Assembly (NCBI GenBank): GCA_963752195.1
Contig: CAVVXI010000004.1
Location: 2,053,641 to 2,117,640 of the forward strand
Direction of reading: 5' to 3'
Source: an uncultured Bacteroidales bacterium
GTDB lineage: Bacteria > Bacteroidota > Bacteroidia > Bacteroidales > UBA10428
DNA length: 64,000 nt
The translations under genes and the position numbers were made by a program. Under the pieces are notes generated by a model, which saw only the letters and a list, made by a program, of their open reading frames with translations, did not search any database and was not told the origin of the DNA. Shown here piece by piece: positions 43,331 through 53,327 of this stretch (the stretch's first letter is position 1; each line of letters opens with the position of its first letter).

Positions 43331-45790
43331 ATGATCAAATTCATCGCACGATCGGCACAACCAGCCCTGGTTGGCAAGAATCTGAGTATATCCTATGATC
43401 AACTGCTTTCCCGCATCCAATATTTTTCTACTTTATTAAGGAAAATCCACAGCCAGCGAATTGTTATTTTTTCGGAAAACAGGCCGGAATGGATTTATGC
43501 TTTATATGCCGGATGGAAACAAGGATCCACCGTTATTCCGATCGACGTACTTTCTTCGCGTGAGGATGTGGCTTATATTTTGCATGATTGCTCTCCTCAT
43601 ACGGTATTTTGCTCGGCAGAAAAAGCTGAATTTGTCCGTCTGGCCCTTAAGGATGCAGGCAGAGATCCTGAAATTCTGATTTTTGAAGAAATACCGGATT
43701 CAGCCGATGCACCGGATACAGATGAATTTATCATTGAAGATGAATCCAGTACAGCCCTTATTTTATACACGTCAGGAACCACGGGAAATCCCAAAGGGGT
43801 TATGCTTTCATTCAAAAACCTTTTGGCAAATCTGAATGCTGTTTGCCGTGATGTGCCGATCTATGTGGAAGGAGACCGGGTAATGATTTTACTGCCTTTC
43901 CATCACATATTACCCCTTGTCGGTACGATCGTTGCACCTCTTTATTCAGGAGGCACCATGGTGCTTAATACCTCCCTGGCTGCTGAGGATCTGATGGCCA
44001 CCCTCAAGCAGTATAAGGTTACCATTATGATCGGTGTCCCCAGGCTTTATCAGCTTATATATAAAGGTCTGCGGGAAAAAATCAATGGCAGCCCGATAGC
44101 CCGCATATTGGTCAAGCTCGCCGAAAGTGTGGATTCACTTTCATTTTCGCGAAAAATATTTGGTTCCGTACAGAAAAAATTCGGAGGAAACCTTAAGTAC
44201 CTGGTTTGCGGGGGCGCTCCCATTGATCCTGAGGTTACAAAGCTTTTTAAAACGCTGGGGTTTGAAATACTGGAAGGATTCGGAATGACGGAAACTGCCC
44301 CCATGATCACTTTTACCAGACCCGGCACCGTTTTGCCCGGTGTACCCGGCCATCTGCTGCCCGGCATCAAAATAAAGTTTGAAGAAGGAGAGATAGTGGT
44401 TGCCGGGGACAATGTTATGCAGGGATATTACAATAAACCGGAAGATACCGCCCAGGTATTAAAAGACGGCTGGCTGCATACCGGTGACCTTGGATATCTT
44501 GATGACAAAGGATACCTGCACATCACAGGGCGAAAAAAAGAAATCATTGTTTTGCCCAACGGCAAAAATATTAATCCCGAGGAAGTGGAACGTACCCTTA
44601 TTAAAAACTCGGAATTTGTAAAAGAAGTGGGTGTATTTCTGAAGGAAGGAATCTTGCAGGCCATTATTCTTCCCGATTTCAGAAAGCTCGGTGAAGCCGG
44701 AATTACGGATCTTGATGACCATTTCAGATGGCAGGTGATCGACAAGGTTAACCGCATCGTATCCCCCTATAAGAAAATTCTGAGGTTTCACATTACATCG
44801 GCAGAGTTACCCAAAACAAGGCTTGGAAAAATAAAGCGGTATCTCCTGCCCGATATGGCAAGTGTTAAGAAAGAAACGATCCAGGATGAACCCAAAACCA
44901 GGGAATACCAGGCGATCAAGAAATTCCTCGAAGACGAAACCCAGCAAACTGTCCATCCTTCCGATCACATTGAACTCGACCTGGCGCTCGACTCCTTGGG
45001 AAAAGTCAGCCTTACGGCCTTTATTGAAACAGCCTTCGGTGTCGAAATCCCGGAAAATAGTCTTGCCGATTATCAATCCGTTGCAAAACTTGCGGAACAT
45101 CTCCATCATAAAAAGACCCGGCTTAATTTTGATGGGATCAGCTGGTCACAGATCCTGAAGGAAAAGGTACACATTAAACTACCGGAATCCGGAATTTCCC
45201 ACAACCTGATCAAAAATATGTTCCAGGTAATTTTCCGCTTATCCCTTCGCATTAAAGCCCACGGTTTGGAAAATCTTCCGGAGGAAGCATGCATCATTGC
45301 CCCCAATCACCAGAGTGTGCTCGATGGCTTTCTTGTAGCATCTTTGCTGAAACGTCGTTTTATGAAAAAAACCTACGTTTATGCCAAGGAAAAACATTTC
45401 AGGGGCCCTTTCCTTCGATTTATAGCAAACCGGAATAACATAATTCTGGTGGATGTAAACAAAGACCTTAAACTATCGATCCAGAAACTGGCAGAAGTAT
45501 TGAAAAAAGGAAAAAACCTGATGATATTCCCAGAAGGTACAAGAACACTTACCGGTAAACTGGGTGATTTCAAACAGACTTTCGCCATACTTAGCCAGGA
45601 GTTGAAAGTGCCCGTTATTCCGGTAGCGATCAAGGGTTCCTATGATATTCTTCCCTCAGGATCGCGTTTTCCAAGATTATTCCGCAGGGTTTCTATTGAA
45701 TTTCTGCAACCTGTGTATCCTGAAAATCACACGTATGAATCTTTAAAAAATCTGGTTTACCAGCGTTTGGCTAATAAACTGAACGATTAA
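43331..45790 (+). CDS. Tri-domain protein: acyl-AMP ligase (AMP-binding), carrier-protein domain and lysophospholipid acyltransferase (PlsC/LPLAT) domain
   Basis: The AMP motif is LYTSGTTGNPKGV (nt 43763-43801) and the ligase also has GDLGYLDDKGYLHITGRKK. The phosphopantetheine-site-like block is LDSLGKVS (Ser codon at 44993-44995). The acyltransferase has HX4D as NHQSVLD (45308-45325) and FPEGTRT. Confidence 0.85.
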   Translation: MIKFIARSAQPALVGKNLSISYDQLLSRIQYFSTLLRKIHSQRIVIFSENRPEWIYALYAGWKQGSTVIPIDVLSSREDVAYILHDCSPHTVFCSAEKAEFVRLALKDAGRDPEILIFEEIPDSADAPDTDEFIIEDESSTALILYTSGTTGNPKGVMLSFKNLLANLNAVCRDVPIYVEGDRVMILLPFHHILPLVGTIVAPLYSGGTMVLNTSLAAEDLMATLKQYKVTIMIGVPRLYQLIYKGLREKINGSPIARILVKLAESVDSLSFSRKIFGSVQKKFGGNLKYLVCGGAPIDPEVTKLFKTLGFEILEGFGMTETAPMITFTRPGTVLPGVPGHLLPGIKIKFEEGEIVVAGDNVMQGYYNKPEDTAQVLKDGWLHTGDLGYLDDKGYLHITGRKKEIIVLPNGKNINPEEVERTLIKNSEFVKEVGVFLKEGILQAIILPDFRKLGEAGITDLDDHFRWQVIDKVNRIVSPYKKILRFHITSAELPKTRLGKIKRYLLPDMASVKKETIQDEPKTREYQAIKKFLEDETQQTVHPSDHIELDLALDSLGKVSLTAFIETAFGVEIPENSLADYQSVAKLAEHLHHKKTRLNFDGISWSQILKEKVHIKLPESGISHNLIKNMFQVIFRLSLRIKAHGLENLPEEACIIAPNHQSVLDGFLVASLLKRRFMKKTYVYAKEKHFRGPFLRFIANRNNIILVDVNKDLKLSIQKLAEVLKKGKNLMIFPEGTRTLTGKLGDFKQTFAILSQELKVPVIPVAIKGSYDILPSGSRFPRLFRRVSIEFLQPVYPENHTYESLKNLVYQRLANKLND

Positions 45791-45832
45791 AAAGAGTATC
45801 TTTAACCGTTAAATCATTAAACCCAATTATAC

Positions 45833-46090
45833 ATGGATACCAAAAGTGAAAGACTCAGGGATGCTTGCGAACTTGCCGCTCAGACCTTTCATAAAATGAA
45901 ACAGCCTGATTTTGAGGAAATCATTTCCAAACTTGAATTTTGCATTGGCAGTTATAATTTCGACAAAAATCCTGCCGGTTTGGTTGAATATGGTTTTAAG
46001 GCAATGGAAATTTTAAAGGAGATCCGAAAGAAGAATTCCAGAAAAGTTTCGGTTGAAATCATCAATGCACTGGAAGAAAGCCTGGCCTAA
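45833..46090 (+). CDS. Small hypothetical protein (85 aa, helical, no signal peptide)
   Basis: The only evidence is an ORF with plausible spacing between neighbours. I recognised no family. Confidence 0.4.
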   Translation: MDTKSERLRDACELAAQTFHKMKQPDFEEIISKLEFCIGSYNFDKNPAGLVEYGFKAMEILKEIRKKNSRKVSVEIINALEESLA

Positions 46091-46137
46091 ATTTTCGGTC
46101 TGCTTCCTGCCGCACTGAATAATATCTATCCGCGTAT

Positions 46138-46848
46138 ATGCTGAAAAAGCTCCTGTTGGCATTTCTACCCTTGTTATGTGTCCTGAATCTTGCGGCCCAA
46201 AAAGAATTTACACCTTCTACTTATCTGGGGATTGCTGCAGGCGGTGCTTTTAGCCATGCTGGTTTTACTCCTTCCGTTAAACAGAAAATGGTTGCCGCCA
46301 ATTCCTATGGTCTGATTTTCAGGCATGTTTCCGAACCCCATATCGGTATTCAGCTCGAACTCAATTATGCAGGACGGGGATGGACTGAAAACAGGGATTC
46401 TTTGGGCGATTACACGCGAAAACTCAGTGTCATTGATATACCCGTTACTGCCGTATTTATTATCGGAAGCAAAAACCTGAGATTTGCTTTTAACCTGGGC
46501 CCGGATGTGACGTACCTGGCAGATGACAAGGAGGAGATTTCGATTATAGATGCCGAGTATGTTCCCGATTATTACCGGTTTGTACACGACGGTAAATTAT
46601 ATCCCGAATATGGCAATCCCCTGTATTATGGCTATTACGGCAAACCTCTTACACAGGCCTGGTCGTTCGGATTTATTGGCGGAGCCTCGGTAGAATGGTA
46701 TACAAAATTTGGTGCCTTTGGTATCCGCGCCTCATATAGCTATATGCTTACAAATTATTTCCCGCTTGATGAGGATGTTTTTTATTACGAGGCCTCCAAA
46801 TCACAAACGCTCAACCTGGGTGTAAGTTATTTTATAACGCTGCACTAA
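46138..46848 (+). CDS. Outer-membrane beta-barrel protein (PorT/OmpA-like small porin family)
   Basis: It has a signal peptide (LNLAAQ) and alternating hydrophobic/aromatic beta-strand patterning. The terminal strand is aromatic-rich (LNLGVSYFITLH). Confidence 0.65.
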   Translation: MLKKLLLAFLPLLCVLNLAAQKEFTPSTYLGIAAGGAFSHAGFTPSVKQKMVAANSYGLIFRHVSEPHIGIQLELNYAGRGWTENRDSLGDYTRKLSVIDIPVTAVFIIGSKNLRFAFNLGPDVTYLADDKEEISIIDAEYVPDYYRFVHDGKLYPEYGNPLYYGYYGKPLTQAWSFGFIGGASVEWYTKFGAFGIRASYSYMLTNYFPLDEDVFYYEASKSQTLNLGVSYFITLH

Positions 46849-47896
46849 TAAGATTCAAGAAAGTACAAGTCCGGATTATCCAGAAATCGTTCATCCCTCA
46901 TGCCTGTATGGTTAAACATGATCACACTTCCTACCCCAGCTTCCGGGTAAATCCGGATTTCGCAATAATATCCGCCCCCTCCGCCCGCATGTGTATAAAA
47001 TTGTTTGCCCTTTAATCTTCCTGTGAACCAGGATAAACACATCCCTGTTGGCGTGTTACCGTTGGTTATGTTTTCAGTGAACATCTTTTTTTGATACTTG
47101 ACATAATAATCCTTAAACGGCTTCCATTGATGCTCGGGTGCATCCATGAATTTTGATTTATCGATAAGCAAACCCAATACAGCATTTGAAAGGCTGAAAT
47201 TTTTGTGGTATCCTTTTGCGTGTTGATTTGTCCCTATTTCAAAGCCAAGTTCATTTTCAGGAATATTTAAAGGCTTGATTATTGTAGAATGAATGTGGTT
47301 CTCATAACTCATTCCGCTTACTCTTTCAATCACTTGCCCCAGTAAAACATAGCCCAGGTTCGAATAGGCGAATTTTTCATTTGGCTTGAATTTTACCTTA
47401 AATTCTCCGCTTTTTTGCCTTGTCCAAGCAGGATTTGACCAAGTCCGATCGGGCTTACTGTGTTTGGATCATCGATATAGCCCTGATTCTGTACTATAGA
47501 TTGCTGGAAATAAAATTGCGCCCTTGTCTTTTCTCCGGCAAAATGAGCCAACAGTCCTGCAATCTCATAAGCCCTTTGAGTCGGGATGTATCTTCTCCAT
47601 CAGGGTATTCACCAGTTCCAGGGCTTCTTTTTCCTTCCCCTGGCTGACATAGCAATAGCCCAGCAGCTTGTATGTATCCCAGTAGGAGGTACTGTTGAGT
47701 TCAAGGAATTTTTTAAGCCCGCTTTCTGACCGTTCCGGTTTGTTTCCATTATTTTGCTGTTCCCGGTCCGCATTCTTCACCCGGTTGCGAATAACCGGAG
47801 CTTCAAAACCTTCTTTCATAATAACTACATAATGCTTCTGTGCGGATATTCCGAGGGAAAATGCCAGCATCAAAATAAGAATAAATGATTCTTCAT
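46845..47896 (-). pseudogene. Decayed gene: signal peptide, TPR-like segment and the C-terminal two-thirds of a beta-lactamase-family serine hydrolase, split over four reading-frame segments
   Basis: The hydrolase part keeps the YxN motif (FAYSNLGYVLLGQVIERVSGMSY) and a late HAGGGGGY block, but I found no SxxK nucleophile motif. Three frame changes coincide with homopolymers: plus-strand A4 at 47872-47875, G3 at 47583-47585 and T6 at 47411-47416. Single-base length changes at these runs restore one continuous frame starting MKNHLFLFLMLAFSLGISAQ (ATG at 47896). Confidence 0.55.
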
Positions 47897-48091
47897 AAAT
47901 ATAAATTATAAAATAAAACCTCCTGAAAATCGGTCCTGTTGCATGGACAATACCTACGTAACAATAAAGTTAAATTTTTGTTAAAGTGAAGGGCTAAATT
48001 GGATGGAATCGGTCTAATTATGGGACCTTGCAATCGCTTTATTCGTATTCTTCCTCTTTTTTCGAATTATATCATTAAATTACGCATTCAC

Positions 48092-48137
48092 GGGGAACCC
48101 TTATATCAAGCGAACCAAAATCGGGGGGACCCTTAAT
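48092..48137 (+). promoter_or_regulatory. Direct repeat GGGGAACCCTTAT / GGGGACCCTTAAT upstream of the exported-protein cluster (candidate operator)
   Basis: Two copies start 33 nt apart, and the second ends 25 nt upstream of the ATG at 48162. The function is inferred only. Confidence 0.25.
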
Positions 48138-48161
48138 CTATAATTCAACAAAATTTCAGTT

Positions 48162-50135
48162 ATGGTTTACTTAAAAACAGTATGGAAGCTTGGAATAATT
48201 TTAATTATCGTTCTAATCCCTTCTTCACTTTTCGCCCAGCCTGAAGTAATGGCGTGGGGCAATATCACAGGCATCCGCGTGGAGGGTCAGTTAATGGAAT
48301 TTGAATCCAGCGTGAGGATTGTGGAAGAAGGCTGGGCGAATTATTCTTCTACCGGGAAGGAAAAACAACAGCCGAAATATGACCGCGACGGGTTGAAGCA
48401 AACGATAACTACCGGTATGAAAGGATTCCGGATTTCAGAAGTTGTGGAGGAATCCGGCAAGGGGATGGCATCGGTAAGCCTGAAAACTACCGCACTGGTT
48501 GATACACTCATCGAAGGGGTTTTTTTCTGTATTGAATTACCGGAAAATTACTATTCTGATTCAAAAATAAAATTTGTCAAGGGATCCCCGGCCACACGGT
48601 CAGGGATAAATCTTTCCGGCATTTCTGCAAAGAATGCCCTGAAGCCTTTCAGGGTGAATGCGGACGGTTTGATCATTACTTCCGCGGAAAGACAACTTGA
48701 ATTGAATTTTGAGGGGAACATGACGGTTTTTGTAAGAAAAGAAGAGGATAAACCGGGTGTGCATATATATATAGGTATAATGGGGCCCGGGATTAAAAAA
48801 GGACAAGAGGTGCAAAAATCGATTACAATAAAAGCCTCCGGCAATATTGACAGGGCACCTGCAGAGATTGTCCTGGATGCTGGTCAGCCCGGAAGGAAAT
48901 TCGACGGACTGGGTGGCAATTTCCGTCTTCAGAATCCGAAAACCGATCCCCCGGTAATCGACTATTGTATAGATAACCTGCGTGTTGCCTGGGGCAGGGT
49001 TGAAATGCCATGGAGCTTATGGCATCCCGAAGAAAATAAAAGTCCGATCGAAACTGCCCTGTCAGGACACCTCGATCCGCGTGTTCGTTCCGCGATGGAA
49101 ATGGCCAGAAGGTTGGACAGCATTGGAATGCCTATTATAATAAGTGATTGGTCCGCCCCAGCCTGGGCAATTATCGGAGATCCACGGGATGCCTATCGTT
49201 ACCGGTCCGAAGGAATTTATGGCTATCCGTTGAATTCAGCCAAAATGGATAAGATATATCAATCGATTGGAGATTATCTTGTTTATCTGAAACAACATTA
49301 TGGTGTTGAGCCAAAAGCCTTTTCATTCAATGAATCCGACCTGGGAATCAATATCCGGCATACCGGAAGGGAACACGCTGATTTTATAAAAGGACTGGGC
49401 GCCCATCTTGCAGTGAGGGGACTTTCAACCAAATTGCTTTTGGGGGATAATTCAGATGCCACCACTTTTGACTTTATTGTACCGGCCATGGATGATGAGG
49501 AAACACATAAGTACATAGCTGCCATTTCGTTTCATTCCTGGCGTGGTTGTACGGATGATATCCTCCGGAAATGGGCCGGAGCAGCAAAACGGATGAATCT
49601 GCCATTGATTGTGGGTGAGGGCAGCACGGATGCTGCCGCATGGAATTATCCCGAGATTTTTTCCGAATCTTCCTTCGCTTTGTATGAGATTAACCTGTAT
49701 ATGAAACTGTGTGCAATTTGCCAGCCAGTTTCTATTTTGCAATGGCAACTGACAGCTGACTATTCGCTTTTGACGGGAGACGGAGTGTTTGGCACTTCGG
49801 GTCCTTTGAAACCGACGCAACGGTTCTGGAACCTTAAACAGCTTTCCTTCACTCCGGAGGGCTCATTCGCCATACCGGCCGCCGTCAGTAAGGAAGGAAT
49901 AAATTGTGCGGCATTCGGGAATATATCCCGGGGAAAATATGCTGTGCATGTTGTAAATAACGGCGCAGAAAGAGATGTTGTTGTAAAAGGCATTCCCCCG
50001 GAAATAAAATACTTTTCAATTTACATTACGGATTCAGTCAGAGGTATGGAAAAGGCCGGGGAAGTGCAGGTCATTAATGGAAATGCCGGATTCAAACTTT
50101 CCGCCGCTGCATTTACATCACTTATAAGTTTATAA
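48162..50135 (+). CDS. Exported clan GH-A-like (GH30/GH5-like TIM barrel) glycoside hydrolase candidate with an unassigned N-terminal domain of about 230 aa
   Basis: A signal peptide is present. The candidate acid/base strand is FSFNESDLG and the candidate nucleophile strand is LIVGEGS, in the order expected for clan GH-A. The family was not verified. Confidence 0.5.
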   Translation: MVYLKTVWKLGIILIIVLIPSSLFAQPEVMAWGNITGIRVEGQLMEFESSVRIVEEGWANYSSTGKEKQQPKYDRDGLKQTITTGMKGFRISEVVEESGKGMASVSLKTTALVDTLIEGVFFCIELPENYYSDSKIKFVKGSPATRSGINLSGISAKNALKPFRVNADGLIITSAERQLELNFEGNMTVFVRKEEDKPGVHIYIGIMGPGIKKGQEVQKSITIKASGNIDRAPAEIVLDAGQPGRKFDGLGGNFRLQNPKTDPPVIDYCIDNLRVAWGRVEMPWSLWHPEENKSPIETALSGHLDPRVRSAMEMARRLDSIGMPIIISDWSAPAWAIIGDPRDAYRYRSEGIYGYPLNSAKMDKIYQSIGDYLVYLKQHYGVEPKAFSFNESDLGINIRHTGREHADFIKGLGAHLAVRGLSTKLLLGDNSDATTFDFIVPAMDDEETHKYIAAISFHSWRGCTDDILRKWAGAAKRMNLPLIVGEGSTDAAAWNYPEIFSESSFALYEINLYMKLCAICQPVSILQWQLTADYSLLTGDGVFGTSGPLKPTQRFWNLKQLSFTPEGSFAIPAAVSKEGINCAAFGNISRGKYAVHVVNNGAERDVVVKGIPPEIKYFSIYITDSVRGMEKAGEVQVINGNAGFKLSAAAFTSLISL

Positions 50136-50138
50136 CAT

Positions 50139-51293
50139 ATGGGATATTTTGCCAGAAATATAAATGATGTTGCCCGGCATATTCTGTCCTTATGGATCCT
50201 CCTGCTTTTACCGCTTATTTGCAGCGGACAGCCTTTCCAAACCGACACATTATGGATAAAAGAAGCAGCGTTTGCGCCGGTTATCGATGGAAATCCGTCT
50301 GATGATTGCTGGGAATCCATTGCCTGGGAATCCATCAGCCAGGTTTGGATACCCTGGGGAAGTTCCGTCGATTCCGCTGATTTTAGCGGCCGATACAAGG
50401 TGTTATGGTCGTCTGCGCAAAATCTGCTGTATGTTCTGGCTGAAATCACGGATGATATTTATGTTGACGGGTATGTATACAAGAGCAGTCCTGAAAATAA
50501 CAACTATCCCGACTACGATCTCCTGGAAGTTTTTCTCGATGAAAATGCCTCAAAAGGGAAGCATGTGTTCGATGGAACAGGCCAAACAGGAATCGACTGG
50601 GGATATAATGCCGAAAATGCCTGGTCTTATCATATTATGGTCAATAGTCCGCCAGATGGAGATACTACGCAGAAAAAGAACGTGTGTGATATTGCAGGTA
50701 CAAACTGGTCAGATGAATGGATTGTAAATTATAGGGACCACATGCCCGAATTTGCCCTTTCCAGGCAGGGAAACCATTATTGCTGGGAATTTTCGCTTAA
50801 GGTTTTTGATGAGAATTACAATCCGGCTGATCCTTCCGACGAAAACAGGATAATGCTTCAACCGGGTAAAATCATGGGTTTGTCGTTTGCTTATTGCGAC
50901 AATGATGAAGCGGGGACAACGCGTGATAATTTCATTGGTTCGGTTTGGGTACCTGAGGAAAATTTTAATGATCATTGGATTAATGCCGATTACTTCAGGG
51001 CTGCAAGGCTCACAGGCAATTCCATTCCGACAGGGGGTGAAGATAATCCCGAAAACACTGCGCAGTTGCTTTATGATCCTTTGCTGCGCGAACTTACAGT
51101 TATTCCGAATCCCGTTTTCACACAGGTAACCCTGTACAATATGCAGGGTATGCCAGTTCAAAAACAGGATCCTAAACGGAATTGCCAGAACTGTACAAAG
51201 AATTTTTCGTTTATAAATTTGCCTGATGGCATTTATCTTGTAGCATCCGAATCAAAGGGCCACAGAGATGTTATCAAACTAATAGTTTATTGA
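50139..51293 (+). CDS. CBM9-like (DOMON-like) sugar-binding protein with a T9SS type A sorting domain
   Basis: A signal peptide is present. The CBM9-like opening is IDGNPSDDCWESIAW ... LLYVLAEITDD. The C-terminus reads VIPNPVFTQVTLYN ... LPDGIYLV ... IKLIVY. Confidence 0.6.
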   Translation: MGYFARNINDVARHILSLWILLLLPLICSGQPFQTDTLWIKEAAFAPVIDGNPSDDCWESIAWESISQVWIPWGSSVDSADFSGRYKVLWSSAQNLLYVLAEITDDIYVDGYVYKSSPENNNYPDYDLLEVFLDENASKGKHVFDGTGQTGIDWGYNAENAWSYHIMVNSPPDGDTTQKKNVCDIAGTNWSDEWIVNYRDHMPEFALSRQGNHYCWEFSLKVFDENYNPADPSDENRIMLQPGKIMGLSFAYCDNDEAGTTRDNFIGSVWVPEENFNDHWINADYFRAARLTGNSIPTGGEDNPENTAQLLYDPLLRELTVIPNPVFTQVTLYNMQGMPVQKQDPKRNCQNCTKNFSFINLPDGIYLVASESKGHRDVIKLIVY

Positions 51294-53317
51294 TCATCGC
51301 AAAATATTTGACTTTTGAAATTATCGGGAATGATAAGCCTATGAAAAAAATGGTACAATTCCTCCGAAATTTGTTCGGCAAACCGCGTACCGCATTTTAT
51401 GCGGCCGGAATAACCTCAACCATATGGTTCCTGATTCGCGTAATTCCCAAGCCGACCCGTGCATCGTATCCGTGTATGCGAGCTGCAGCGCCCATTATGT
51501 CGGGATTTGTAATCTACATGGCTGGTCTCTGGGCTTCTGCATTTGCCTTTAAACAGGCACGGATAAGTTTTTCGCGGAACAGGTATACCCATGGATTCAT
51601 GTTCCTTCTTGTGCTCCCTGTGTTCCTGGTCATTGCCGCCTCGGGGGATGTAAAACCATCCTGGGCGGTACAGGCAATGGTCCAGGATCCGCCCGACGGC
51701 GCGAACCAGCCTGTAGGTATTGCGCAAGGCATTATTCCGGGCAGGGTTGCCTGGGCCTATGACAGGGCTTCTACCGATTCCCTGTGCACAAACAATGCCG
51801 GCGATCGCTATTACCGGGCGGAGAATTATGACCAGTCAATCATCGACAGTATGATGAGGAAATCGGTGCTGGGCATTACCGGTGCCCTGAACATTAAAGA
51901 TGCATGGGATAGTATTTTCACCTATCATAATATCCGGAAAACAAACCAGAGAAAAAGCTACCTGCCGGGTGAAACAATCTTCATAAAAATTAACCAGGGA
52001 ACGGCAAGCTGGCTGTATATGAACGGAACTGCTTACGAGGCACCCGATGTGATTCCGCCAAGCGACGAATGGAAAACTGCCTATGCAGGCGCCTGTGAGG
52101 CATCACCCCCGGTTGCACTGGCCCTTCTCCGGCAACTTGTCAATGTCTATGGAATTGAACAGCAGAATATTCTGATTGGTGATCCGATTTCCCATATATA
52201 CAAGCACAATTATGATGCCTGGCATGGTGAATTTCCGGATATTAAGTTTATTGACAGGTCCGGTGATTTCGGAAGAACGATTATCCATCCGGGCGATATG
52301 GCTGCCATGCATTATTCCGACCTGGGGACAACTATGCCGGATGCTGTTTCGGACAAACTCTACAAAGAGATGACCGATGCAGCCTATATGATCAATATTG
52401 CTAACCTGAAGCCGCATATTCGCGCAGGGATTACCCTTTGCGCAAAAAACCATTTTGGTTCCCATACCCGGAACGGCGCAGATCACCTGCATCCATCCCT
52501 GATATGCCCGGCAGCCGATGGAAGTCCCACCAATGCAGGATACCAGAAATACAGGGTGCAGGTTGATATAATGGGAAACCGGTTCCTTGGCAGGAATACA
52601 ATGCTGTTTATCGTTGACGGTTTGTGGGGTGGCGGTCCGGAAGAGACAAAGGCCCCCAAAAAATGGAAAATGCCCCCTTTCAACAACGACTGGACTTCCT
52701 CGATATTTATGTCTCTTGACCAGGTTGCGCTGGAGTCAGTATGCTTCGATTTTATCCGTACAGAATTCAATGGCGTGAACCAGCCGGAAACAACTCCAAA
52801 CTGGAGCGGAGTGGATGATTATCTTCACCAGGCCGCCGACAGGCAGAACTGGCCCGATGCAATTACCTATGATCCCAATGAAGAAGGTATTGAATTACCG
52901 AGCCTGGGAACCCATGAACACTGGCAGAATTCCACCACCATGGCCTACAGCAGGAACCTGCAGATTGGCAACGGTATTGAATTATACAGGGTTCCGGCTG
53001 TCAGAACCTATATACCCACCGGTATATCCGCCAGGGAAGAGAATGCCCGCTTTGAAGTTATTTGTTATCCCAACCCTTTTACAGGCTCCACCGCATTCTC
53101 ATATACACTTCTGCAACCTTCACAGGTTAAGATTTCTGTATATGATATGAATGGCAGGTTAATCAAATGCCTCATCAATGACTCCGAACCTGCAGGCGAC
53201 AAACATCTTATCTGGCAGGCTGGCAACGTTGCACCCGGATATTATATGGGATATATTGAAATTGCCTGTCAACAGGAACATTTCCGAAAAACAATCAAAA
53301 TTCAAATAAATAACTAA
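51290..53317 (+). CDS. DUF362-like protein with an N-terminal hydrophobic/YPCM region and a T9SS type A sorting domain (paralog 1)
   Basis: DUF362-like blocks are ETIFIKIN and NLKPHIRAGITLCAKNHFGS. The C-terminus reads CYPNPFTGSTAFSY ... YDMNGRLI ... APGYYMGYI. The start is uncertain: TTG at 51290 overlaps the upstream stop, and ATG at 51341 (MKKMVQF) is the alternative. Confidence 0.7.
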   Translation: MIIAKYLTFEIIGNDKPMKKMVQFLRNLFGKPRTAFYAAGITSTIWFLIRVIPKPTRASYPCMRAAAPIMSGFVIYMAGLWASAFAFKQARISFSRNRYTHGFMFLLVLPVFLVIAASGDVKPSWAVQAMVQDPPDGANQPVGIAQGIIPGRVAWAYDRASTDSLCTNNAGDRYYRAENYDQSIIDSMMRKSVLGITGALNIKDAWDSIFTYHNIRKTNQRKSYLPGETIFIKINQGTASWLYMNGTAYEAPDVIPPSDEWKTAYAGACEASPPVALALLRQLVNVYGIEQQNILIGDPISHIYKHNYDAWHGEFPDIKFIDRSGDFGRTIIHPGDMAAMHYSDLGTTMPDAVSDKLYKEMTDAAYMINIANLKPHIRAGITLCAKNHFGSHTRNGADHLHPSLICPAADGSPTNAGYQKYRVQVDIMGNRFLGRNTMLFIVDGLWGGGPEETKAPKKWKMPPFNNDWTSSIFMSLDQVALESVCFDFIRTEFNGVNQPETTPNWSGVDDYLHQAADRQNWPDAITYDPNEEGIELPSLGTHEHWQNSTTMAYSRNLQIGNGIELYRVPAVRTYIPTGISAREENARFEVICYPNPFTGSTAFSYTLLQPSQVKISVYDMNGRLIKCLINDSEPAGDKHLIWQAGNVAPGYYMGYIEIACQQEHFRKTIKIQINN

Positions 53318-53327
53318 TTAAGAATTT

